Positions 23,387 to 32,000 of a stretch of 32,000 nt of DNA are shown here, in pieces. The stretch is from Amoeboradix gromovi X-113. Its lineage: Eukaryota; Fungi; Sanchytriomycota. Both the position numbers and the translations under genes were made by a program. The stretch spans positions 453-32,452 of the forward strand of contig JADGIF010000030.1 in assembly GCA_018985225.1 (NCBI GenBank), in the 5' to 3' direction. The notes under the pieces are model-generated. The model was given only the letters and a program-made list of their open reading frames with translations. It did no database searches and had not been told where the DNA came from. Every line of letters begins with the position of its first letter. Within the stretch, counting starts at the first letter, position 1.

Positions 23387-23698
23387 TTAATAGTAATTCT
23401 GACGAAATAAACCTAGGTTCAAAGAGGTTTCTTGAAATACATCAGTGATTCCCATATTAAGTGCTTGACTAATGCAATCATCTGCTGTTTGAATGTCATT
23501 ACGCAAGAGCAGTGCCAACACAACTGGCTTTAAATAAGGGAGACGAGGCATGAGGTTCTTTCTAAAAAAGTGGATATCCATGGTCTTTATCCAATTAAAA
23601 AAATCTCTTGATTGGTTTCGATTGCCTTTGCCGTACTTGTCAAGATACGTGTAGTGAAGTGTGTAGACAAACGATTTGGTGTGTGGACCCGTCCTCAT
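23387..23698 (-). CDS. Short ORF, possibly a mobile-element fragment
   Basis: 103-aa ATG-initiated ORF between two transposon relics. No firm motif. Confidence 0.25.
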   Translation of the reverse strand: MRTGPHTKSFVYTLHYTYLDKYGKGNRNQSRDFFNWIKTMDIHFFRKNLMPRLPYLKPVVLALLLRNDIQTADDCISQALNMGITDVFQETSLNLGLFRQNYY

Positions 23699-23766
23699 AT
23701 ATTCGTTAGCTATCGTAAATTATACCAGTAATATTTCTGTACAGCCAAAAATAGATTAAATATACA

Positions 23767-24004
23767 TGGGACACGATCTGTGGAAACTAGACTAGGAAAA
23801 AATCACGATTCTCTATAAATTCAATTTTAAACTTTTTATCACTTTTACATTGTGAATACTAGACTAGGATTGTTTGACCTGATTTACAGGGTAAAAGCAA
23901 TAGTTTTTTTAGTTTGAAAGGACTTTCATTAATAATAGTATTTCCTTCTTATGGAGCACCTCCTTTAAAGACGACTTGGTCCAGTTTTTATATTTGGTGT
24001 CCTA
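23767..24004. mobile_element. MITE-like element of about 238 bp with degenerate 30-bp TIRs
   Basis: Left TGGGACACGATCTGTGGAAACTAGACTAGG (23767-23796). The reverse complement of 23975-24004 (TAGGACACCAAATATAAAAACTGGACCAAG) matches it at 20/30 ungapped. Internal TAGACTAGG at 23860-23868. Confidence 0.6.
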
Positions 24005-24011
24005 GTTTATA

Positions 24012-24191
24012 AACTGTCATTTGGAAATACATAGGCACCGTATGGCAGCAAGAACAAATGCTTGAATTATATGCATTCCTGTTATATCCCACGTCAGAAC
24101 AGTGGAAGCGCGGCAACCGCTCTGACTTAGAGGCTGGTATTATTAATCTCACTTTGGAAAATTTCAATTTTCTAGGAAGTTAGGGCTTTTA
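24012..24191 (+). mobile_element. 3' fragment of a TnpB/Fanzor2 element (copy 1)
   Basis: Translates NCHLEIHRHRMAART, a decayed CxxxxDRDxNAARN RuvC-III motif. Collinear with 26897-27074, with the last 37 nt identical at 30 positions. Confidence 0.8.
24088..24191 (+). ncRNA. omegaRNA-like scaffold, copy 1 (more decayed)
   Basis: Hairpins AGTGG-AA-GC[GCG]GC-AA-CCGCT (24101-24121), GAGGCTGGT[ATT]ATTAATCTC (24130-24150) and AATTTT[CTAG]GAAGTT (24166-24181), directly downstream of the TnpB remnant. Confidence 0.6.
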
Positions 24192-24728
24192 TTGGAAGAT
24201 GTGCCACTATACAAAATAAAGGTATGGAATTTGTAGTTAAGCCTAATTTTCTCAATCCCCAGTTCTGGAAATCAAGATCATGTCTTATCTTTCGCAAAAA
24301 GGATGGCTTTTTAACAGCATTCTATCAAAAAATCGTCATTCCATATATGCGCTAACTGAAGTGAGCTTTGAAGATGGGGTTACGGATACTTGTTGATAAA
24401 CTAGCCAAATCATTAACACGATATTATTAACCGGAGAGAAATCCATATTGAACTCTGTTGTAATATAAGTAGATTTATTGAAACGCATACTCATGTTTTC
24501 CAAAGATATCCTTTGGCTGAATTCTGTACAAATCATTTGAGATTATTTCTTGAGCCAAGTTGGTATTAGGAAGCATAGGTCGCTCTAACTTACAATACAT
24601 GTCAAAGTGGTTTGGTATAAGCACACCAGCAGAAACCTGAAGTGGTTTAATCATCTCTACTTCGTGCGGACTGGAATGGTTGTCAAATGGCTTTTTCAAG
24701 GTAGAAGTCATGTTTGAAAAATTCCTTC

Positions 24729-25457
24729 TCATTTTTCAAATATTTCCAGTTCTGACGCAAAGCCCAATGCATATCCCAGCGGAGAGCCTTCAAGATGCTT
24801 TCCTCGATCTCTTAGGTATCTGTCAAACCAGATTTTTTCTACTTTACTACGAGCAGTAGTTCTATAACGGCGATTGTATTTTTTATCGAAAGAACTGTCA
24901 TTTGCAGTTGCAAAAAATTCTTGGTCACCTTTTTTTACATTCGGAGCTTCTTTTACTTCTGATAGATTACAGTCTTCACTTTTAACCTTATCGCGTGTTG
25001 CTATTGGCTTTTCTATCGAATAAAAAGATAAATTTGCTTCACAAATTGATTCTGTTTGTATAGATTTCGATTGATATTCTTTTTTAGATATAATTTTATG
25101 CTGCTTTTCAAATTTTAATTCAAAATATGATTGACGACTTGAACTTTTAAAGGTTCTGAATAAGATATGGGATACCGTTAACAGCAGCCAGATGATGACG
25201 ATCAGAGATGTGTTGGGTGAATCGCATCTGTCAGTGTCCATATCCCCCAATATCGGTAAATTCGTCAAATCTAAGTGGGAATTACTAGACCTGTTATTTT
25301 TAGTGGGGTAGTCAACAAAGCATGGATTTTTTATACTTATAATTTCGCATTGGCGTCCCAACGTTTTCTTAAGATTTATTTGGCGCGCATCTACATCTTT
25401 GAACGCAAAATCTTTCTTCTCCTTTTCTTTAAAGAAAGTATATCCCCAATTCGTCAT
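24729..25457 (-). CDS. Hypothetical protein with one TM segment; possibly a disrupted gene continuing into 24336-24732
   Basis: 242-aa ORF with LIVIIWLLLTVSHILF, followed by two short overlapping ORFs on the same strand in other frames. Confidence 0.45.
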   Translation of the reverse strand: MTNWGYTFFKEKEKKDFAFKDVDARQINLKKTLGRQCEIISIKNPCFVDYPTKNNRSSNSHLDLTNLPILGDMDTDRCDSPNTSLIVIIWLLLTVSHILFRTFKSSSRQSYFELKFEKQHKIISKKEYQSKSIQTESICEANLSFYSIEKPIATRDKVKSEDCNLSEVKEAPNVKKGDQEFFATANDSSFDKKYNRRYRTTARSKVEKIWFDRYLRDRGKHLEGSPLGYALGFASELEIFEK

Positions 25458-25556
25458 AATTACCCATTAAAGAGATACCAGAGTTTAAATAACTTTTTGT
25501 AAAATAAATAGCTGGATATTTACATATCCTAAAATAAGCAACTTAATTTTCAAACA

Positions 25557-26493
25557 ATGGAATTATTATTTGACACCAAGTCTTTTAATTACGATGATCT
25601 TGTTTTAAAAGATGATTTAACAACTGAAAATAGCGTTTGTGCAATTAACTACTCCGAGGACTTTCGACAGCTGCATCTTGCCTGGATCCAGCTCCACGAG
25701 GAAGAAAGCGAACGTGTATTCCATTTATCAACACTCTTAATTCAGCGTAATCCGTCACATTACACTGTGTATATTGATAGAATTAAAATGGTAAAAGTGC
25801 TTAAAAAATCCTTGACAAATGAACTACAATTTATTAACGAAATTATTATGAGCAACCAAAAAAACTATCAGGTTTGGAACTATCGCCAAAGCATTGTGAT
25901 GCTATTGCTGGAAGATTTGGAAGCTGAAGTCGGCAGGAACGCTGTGATTCCTACAGAGCACATCGAATTTCAATCAAAAGCGCAACTTATCGAAAGCGAG
26001 TTGGATTTTGTGCATGACGGACTGGAAATTGAACCCAAGAATTATCATGCATTCACATATCTCTATCACCTTTTGCCTTGGTTCAATGAAAAGATATTGA
26101 GCAATGAATTATTGTTTACGCTAGAACAAATAAACGTTGATGTTTATAACAACTCTATTTGGCATTACAGAATGCAGTTGCTTAAGAAATCAAAAGATTG
26201 GAAAGAGTCAGAAATTGAACTTGTATTGGCGAGTCTAGAGAAGTCAAAGGAAAACGAAAGTGTTTGGGCACATATTGCTGGGTATCAATAACTTACGTAG
26301 AATAGAGGATGCTGTTGGAAACCTTCAAGCTATATACGACTACTGTATCCAGGATAAAAGCCCTTCGATACACTCTTACTGTTATTTAGTTGAACACGGA
26401 TATCCAGTAGAAAAATGTATTGACGAAATGATAAGGATTGACCCAATTAGGCAAGACTTTTGGAGAACTTACTTGCAAGAGTACAATAAATAG
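25557..26493 (+). CDS. RAM2: Protein farnesyltransferase/geranylgeranyltransferase-I alpha subunit (exons 25557-26281 and 26301-26493)
   Basis: PFTA repeats NPSHYTVY, KNYQVWNYR, PKNYHAF, NNSIWHYR and NESVW, plus C-terminal IDPIRQDFW. The 19-nt intron joins the two ORFs. Confidence 0.93.
26282..26300 (+). other. 19-nt spliceosomal intron
   Basis: GTATCAATAACTTACGTAG. Excision gives WAHIAG-IEDAV in frame with the DPIR-containing exon. Confidence 0.9.
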
Positions 26494-26585
26494 TAGTAAG
26501 TCTATTTCTTGTTTTCGTGTGGAGCGAGAGAGATATGCCGCATCAAACACATGCAGCTCGATTGTTTCGCGAATAAATCATTTCA

Positions 26586-27074
26586 AGACTTTTCCAGATT
26601 TATCTAATAGCTTAAATACTAGATATCCTTCCTATTCGCAAATGGTAAATCAATTCTAAAGAAATAACTAAAAGGTACAGCATACATTCATCAACACTCA
26701 GGAATTGGTCGAAAAATGGAACGATTAGATGTCTTTCAATGCCTAGAAAAAGATCAACCATAAATAAACCAATATACCATTTATTTAATAATTCGCGTGT
26801 CTTGCATGTGCAATAACGCGATGTCTTAATACTCATGATGAATGTGCAAGCTGTGGCAATCTAAAGAAAACCAATTTGGAGAGTTGCACTTGTACCAATT
26901 GTCATTTGGAGATATAAAGAGACCATATGCAGCAAGGAATATACATCAAGTATATGCATCCTTATTCAATCCCGCCTCAGGGTAGTGAAAGCGTGAGCAA
27001 TCACTGTAACGGAGATCTAGCATTGCTAGTTTCTCTGTGGAAATTCTCGATTTTCTCGGAAATCAGGTCTTTTA
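26586..27074 (+). mobile_element. Internally deleted IS607-family element: TnpA N-terminus joined to TnpB/Fanzor2 C-terminus (copy 2)
   Basis: 26649-26744 reads INSKEITKRYSIHSSTLRNWSKNGTIRCLSMP (MerR-type HTH of IS607 TnpA). 26791-26828 gives IRVS and, in another frame, Q*RDVL (serine-recombinase YxRVS...QxxDL). 26843-26926 reads CASCGNLKKTNLESCTCTNCHLEI*RDH and 26929-26943 AARNI (TnpB zinc ribbon + RuvC-III). Left boundary uncertain. Confidence 0.85.
26970..27074 (+). ncRNA. omegaRNA-like scaffold, copy 2
   Basis: Three consecutive hairpins: TAGTGA-AA-GC[GTGA]GC-AA-TCACTG (26983-27006, GNRA loop), ACGGAGA-T-CTAGC[ATT]GCTAG-TT-TCTCTGT (27009-27038) and GATTTT[CTCG]GAAATC (27049-27064). Confidence 0.72.
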
Positions 27075-27278
27075 ACGAGGTCATAGAAAATATACTGAGA
27101 AATTTTTATAAAGCTAAATGGCTAAGAAGAGGAAGTGATAACAGATTATGGTTTGAACGCATAAGTGATAGAGAATGGAATTAATATCCGACTATGTCCA
27201 CTTCAAATATTGCTTAAAGAATTTTGTTCTAGTTTTTATATAGCACGCATTATGTGAAATGCTCAATTAAATGATTTA

Positions 27279-27866
27279 TTAGCCCAAAATTAAAATAGGC
27301 TTCAAATAAGATACAAATGCCTCATATTTGGCCTCTTTTAAACCAGGAATATTTTTGATCGTCTGCGAAATAGGTAGCTCATTGTAATATATCAAAATAG
27401 TTGGGATATTCTTAGTTGGATAGTTTGGAATAGCAGTCTTTCCAGGAATAGCACAAAATTTAACATTGCCAAAATCGGCTGCAGCTCGATCCATGAATCT
27501 ACTAAGTACTTGAGATTCTTCAGATCCGTCAAACAATAAAACGACTACAATATCTTTACGACTAGCAACAGTAACGTGTTCTTTATACTCAGTTTGTGAA
27601 ATTTGAAAAACACTACCATACTTGATGTTCTTCATTCTTTCCATGTCTTTCAATCTTTCAAATCGAAGCTTTTGCAAGATTTGCTCTTCCTGGTCCCCAG
27701 ATTCTTCTAGCAACAAATCAATTTCATCTTTGTTTAGTTTATCAAACGGATCTTCGTATACCTCTTCGACTTCTTCAGGCTCTTCCTGTCTTTTTATTAT
27801 TCCATGTTGAACTAAAGCGTCATCCCACTCAGTGGTAACCTTTCCGTAGTTGTTATTTGAAATCAT
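27279..27866 (-). CDS. PLP2: Phosducin-like protein (Plp2/PDCL3 type)
   Basis: TEWDDALVQHGII, acidic stretch, R..RL..M, YGSVFQIS..EY...VT.AS, VKF..I and IPNYP.KNIPTILIY. Confidence 0.9.
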   Translation of the reverse strand: MISNNNYGKVTTEWDDALVQHGIIKRQEEPEEVEEVYEDPFDKLNKDEIDLLLEESGDQEEQILQKLRFERLKDMERMKNIKYGSVFQISQTEYKEHVTVASRKDIVVVLLFDGSEESQVLSRFMDRAAADFGNVKFCAIPGKTAIPNYPTKNIPTILIYYNELPISQTIKNIPGLKEAKYEAFVSYLKPILILG

Positions 27867-28153
27867 CAAGGTGTTTCAATTTCACAAACGAGTTATTGAT
27901 ATTGGCAAAGAACGTGATGTACGTTCCATAAAATACACAAAAAAATTTATTTCTGATTTAACGTCTCTGTTCATAAATTGTGCACGAGAATTAGATTTTA
28001 TGGCAACACCTCAGAACCGGGTTGAATTTTTATTTAAATCTTAGACATGGACAGCTGTTCAGTTTCTCGTGATTTTTAATGCATGTAGCCATAGCTAGCT
28101 AGCGTTTTCGAGTTCTGGAAAGTTGATCAAACTCCTTGCATCAAAAACTAGAA

Positions 28154-30901
28154 ATGAGTCATCCTATTAGTCACGGAAATTGTATTTTGTATTTAATTTA
28201 GGTGGCAGATTTGTATACATTGAGCCGGAGAAGATCGGAGAGTCCTATGTCATTGCTCGCATTATGCAAAAGAGAAACAACAAATATTTAATGAATGCGT
28301 TCTTTAGACCTTCTGAAGTTCTCTCTGGAAAAAGCTTTAACGATAGAATGTTGGTAGCATCTACACAGTCCAAATGGTACGAGCAAAGTAAAATTGTCGG
28401 AGATTGCCAAGTCTTGCACATCTCTCAAATATACGATCTAGAAAAGTTTTCTCAAATAGAAGACAACTTTTATTTTGAACAGCTTTACGACCTTTATGCC
28501 AAAGAAATATATGATCTTGCCAGATCCAACTTGACTAGATTAGCGGAAGACAAGGTTACTAATCTTATGCACTTTCCATTTATCTATGTAGAAGTGGGAC
28601 ACACTTTGGACATTATCAATGGTACAGGGTGGTGCGGTATCTGTAAAGACTACTGCCTTCCTTTGAAACCAGAAGACAATTGCTTTGAGTGTGCTGGCTG
28701 CTTGAATCGTTATCACTTTGATTGCTTTGATCTTAACGACATGCTGGATACGAATAGACAGTTGTGCAATATGTGCTACAATGAAAAGAAAGAGGTTGGC
28801 TGGATTAACAGTTCTGAATCAAACTTGAAGTTATTGACTACTTTTAAAGATTTCGACATATCTCCAATTGACATAAATAGTCTGCAGTTGGAATGGCCAT
28901 TTAGGTATTTCGGAATTCATACGAATGAAGAATCTGCCATTGATATAGACTACAGTATTGTCTTTCCTCGTTGTTCAGTTAAAGTTGGTCAGTCTTTGCA
29001 AGTTAAAATCCCTAAACTTCAAAGTGACACGGACTCATCTGAAGAGGTTTCAACCATTGAAGAGGAGCAGGACCTTTGGCTTATACGATACGGAAAACAG
29101 TTGCAGCAGCAAATGGACGATGAACCTCAAGTAGATCGTACTACATTAGATCATTTAAAATTTAGTAGACCTGACAATATCAGTGTAAATGAAATTAGTA
29201 CATTTGTGAAGTCCACTTGCTCTAGATTATTGGGTCAGGCTAAAGGATCCTGTCAATTTCAGCAATATTTGTATGAGTTATTATATAATAACGGCTTTGA
29301 TTTTAACAAAACAGAGCGAGAATGCAAAAACATATCACTAAGATACATTTTTAACCATGACTCTTTCAGCAATGACTCCATATTTCCATTACCTAGGCCT
29401 GTGCGGTGGTTGGAAGATATACAGTTTGGTGAAAATGGTGAGAAGCTGATTCCGCTTATTAAAGAGCGTGGTCACGTAATATATAAGATTGCCGAATCTT
29501 TAAAACTGCCTACAAAAGTCATCTGTCAATTTTTTGCAATGTGGAAAAAGACGGATATTCAAAGAGAAGCCTACGATTATTATTTAAAAAAGTACATGAA
29601 TACCAAAAAGTTCGGTAAGAATGCTCTTGAACCTCTGGATGTTGTCAAACCAGAAATAGAGATAAACAACATTCATGAGACTGACATGGACGAAAGCAGT
29701 GATGGCGACGGCGAAAGTAGTACGGGTGGTGGTCAAATTAGCACTCCACATTGCGATAACTGTTATAGTACTAATCCAGGTACTCTAGTTCCTACTACTA
29801 TATTTCAAGGCAGACATTCGAAAAAGAGAAGGGAAATGTTTTGCAAGTCATGTGGCGCATTTTGGTTGAAGTACGCATCGACTAAAGCGGTAACAAAAGA
29901 CAAAAAAACCACCAACAAATCGCAGTTATATGAATCCGGTAGAAGAAATAGACGTAACAGCAATCAACAGCAGACTAGCTTTCAATCAGTACCACCGCGA
30001 AGTATTATTCCACATGTGCCGTACTTAAAATTAATTTAGTTGTGGTGTTTGCTTAGACGATATAAAAACAGATGAAAAAGGACTAGTAACAGACAATTCT
30101 GCCGTAAGGTGCGTATCCTGTGGCATTGTTGTTCACAAGATTTGCTATGATATTCCACGGTTTATTAAGGATGACGAGTTGTGGAAGTGTGATGTTTGCG
30201 TTAAAGGTGTAAATAAGGAATCATGCTGTCTCTGCGGCAAGATAGATCCACAGGTAACTGCATGCAAAGCATTTCAGGGCAATATAGCACACGCAGTATG
30301 TTTATATACAAACGATTCGTTCATGTTTAGCAAGGTAGATGGTATTCGTGAGCCTATATTATACAAGGATATAGTTGATACGCAAGATTTAAGCTGTATA
30401 TACTGCCATCAATCTGTTGGATGGAAGACATGTTGTGTAATGAGTGGATGTCAAAGATGGTTCCATTCTTGTTGCGCAACGCGAAGCAATGCAGCGTTTA
30501 CTTTCTTTGACAAGTCCATGAGGTTCTTTTGCTCAGAACACATGTGTCCAATGGTTCCGTATGATATTCATGACTCGATAACTGCTATAAAATCAAATAA
30601 AAGATCTACAAAAATGATAAAGATACAAGAAGAATTGAGATACAAAAGAACCGAATTGGGAAAAGTAACTACACCAAAATTCGATAGAAGCTTTACTCTG
30701 AATCTGTACTGTGACCCAAAAATAGATGTATACAAAGCAGCGTCAAAGAGAACGATGAGGAAATCCAGTGCTCACATGAAAATACCAGAGTTTCCAAGCT
30801 GCTCATGCTGTTTGGGAATAGCATATCCGGTGTTATGGTTAGACGACACTTGGAAATGCATTAAATGCGTTAGATTGAATAATAAAAAGCTCAATAAATA
30901 A
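28154..30901 (+). CDS. SNT2: Snt2-like chromatin protein: BAH, PHD, ELM2/SANT-like, GATA-like finger, PHD and extended PHD (exons 28154-28181, 28202-30020, 30040-30901)
   Basis: BAH (VYIEP...YVIARIM...FYFEQLYD), PHD CGIC...CAGC...H..C, WPFRYFGIH, CDNC...CKSCGAFWLKY. After splicing, a PHD CGVC...CVSCGIVVHKICY...WKCDVC and an ePHD follow. Confidence 0.85.
28182..28201 (+). other. 20-nt spliceosomal intron
   Basis: GTATTTTGTATTTAATTTAG. It links ATG 28154 in frame to the long ORF, which otherwise lacks an ATG before the start of the BAH domain. Confidence 0.75.
30021..30039 (+). other. 19-nt spliceosomal intron
   Basis: GTACTTAAAATTAATTTAG. Excision yields HVP-CGVCL, a complete PHD finger in frame with ORF 30179-30901. 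Confidence 0.92.
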
Positions 30902-30918
30902 TACTCACAAGATTTACT

Positions 30919-31635
30919 TTAACTCGCAACTACAGAAATTCCAGTAGAAGTTTGGACGCATTTTGTTCCTTGTGCCATCGCCATCGTGTAACCATCAGCG
31001 ATATAAGCTTTCCCATCATTAGAGCAAGTGTAAGCATTTGCATTAGGTCCATGTGGTGGTGGGTATGATGGAGGTAGAGGGCCACTAAGTCCCACAGGTG
31101 GTGAGGGTTCTTTCGTCGCAGGAACTTTTATCGAAGATGGTATTACTGGACTAGGTGGTGCTGCTACGGGAATATTTGATTTGTACTTAGCAGGTGACGA
31201 ATTGCCAGAGATGTTGACGTCCAGGCATGATTGATAATCTTCAATGGCCTGGGGTCCTAGATGAGCTGCAGCAACTTTAATAATCAAAACGCAGTGATCA
31301 CATTTTACATTTGGAATATCTACACTCATTGCCTGATTTGTTGAAATACAGTTTGACTCTTGGTTTAGCGCAATATCTTTACCACCTTCTCTTAAATACG
31401 CAGAGCATAGTCCGACATGCGAGGCATGGTTTCCAATTTCAAAAGGAAAAACATTGACGCCTGGCCGAATAGATTTAGGTGCAACCGCAGGCAAATCATT
31501 GCAGTCTAACACTGATCTTAAGGTAGCCCCTCCACCCACCGGCCAAAATCTTTCATTTGAGTATGGCCATTTTGCTTCCTCTCTCGAGCCTACCATTGTA
31601 AAATGGGAGCAAATAAGTTGCAACTGAAATAACAT
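30919..31635 (-). CDS. Secreted lytic polysaccharide monooxygenase-like protein (AA11-like) with a Pro-rich linker and CBM19-like tail
   Basis: Short leader MLFQLQLICS followed by His (His1 candidate), second His in HASHVGLC, EDYQSCLD motif, Pro/Ser linker and C-terminal C...GTKC module. Confidence 0.7.
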   Translation of the reverse strand: MLFQLQLICSHFTMVGSREEAKWPYSNERFWPVGGGATLRSVLDCNDLPAVAPKSIRPGVNVFPFEIGNHASHVGLCSAYLREGGKDIALNQESNCISTNQAMSVDIPNVKCDHCVLIIKVAAAHLGPQAIEDYQSCLDVNISGNSSPAKYKSNIPVAAPPSPVIPSSIKVPATKEPSPPVGLSGPLPPSYPPPHGPNANAYTCSNDGKAYIADGYTMAMAQGTKCVQTSTGISVVAS

Positions 31636-32000
31636 AATTAGCGAGTACTCATCTGCATTTATAGGAATTCATTCGTGTCATTTTTAATTTGTTATTTATG
31701 AGCTAAATTTCCAGATATTAAACTCCAATCAATTTACTGCTATCGAATAAATTAATTGACAATATTAGGAATCAATACGATAAGCTCGGTTACAAGCATT
31801 TTCAAAAGCTAAAACAATTGGGACAAATTTAAAAACTGGACTTACTTTCTGTAACAACTTGGCACATTATTTCAGCTTTATTAATTATATGGATTCAAGA
31901 GGCGAGTGGACATTCAGCTAGTTGCGGAGTTGACGAGTATAAAAGGAAAATAAATAACTTTTTGTATCGAAATTTCAAAAATAAATATTCTGCACAGCTA

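Noticed and set aside
26739-26917. Mitochondrial ribosomal protein bL32-like reading (MPRKR...CxxCG...CxxC)
   Set aside because: It needs a frameshift with no usable splice acceptor. The upstream HTH/RVS and downstream RD..AARNI motifs, plus the second copy at 24012, fit IS607 TnpA/TnpB much better.
26927-27184. 85-aa ORF in the ORF track
   Set aside because: It runs through the frameshifted TnpB end and the structured RNA, and is not preserved in the paralogous copy.

Overview
Very gene-dense, AT-rich eukaryotic DNA in the standard genetic code. It is most likely from a compact early-diverging fungal or fungus-related genome; that taxonomy is inference only. Housekeeping genes are typically 17-50 bp apart and include ADE12, mitochondrial-type IleRS, MED8, EME1/MMS4, PCF11, AMD1, RCL1, RAM2, PLP2, an SNT2-like gene and a secreted LPMO-like gene. 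Four tiny GT-AG introns of 19-20 nt explain ORFs that the track shows as split. An accessory island (about 17.7-25.5 kb) holds a SWIM-finger/ADP-ribosyltransferase-like gene, a decayed Sola-like DDD transposase and a family of 30-bp terminal inverted repeats. The top finding is not visible in the ORF track: two degenerate copies (24012-24191 and about 26586-27074) of an IS607-type TnpA + TnpB/Fanzor2 element. Their proteins are destroyed, but the 3' ends keep a three-hairpin omegaRNA-like scaffold with compensatory base changes between the copies and different flanking (candidate guide) sequences.
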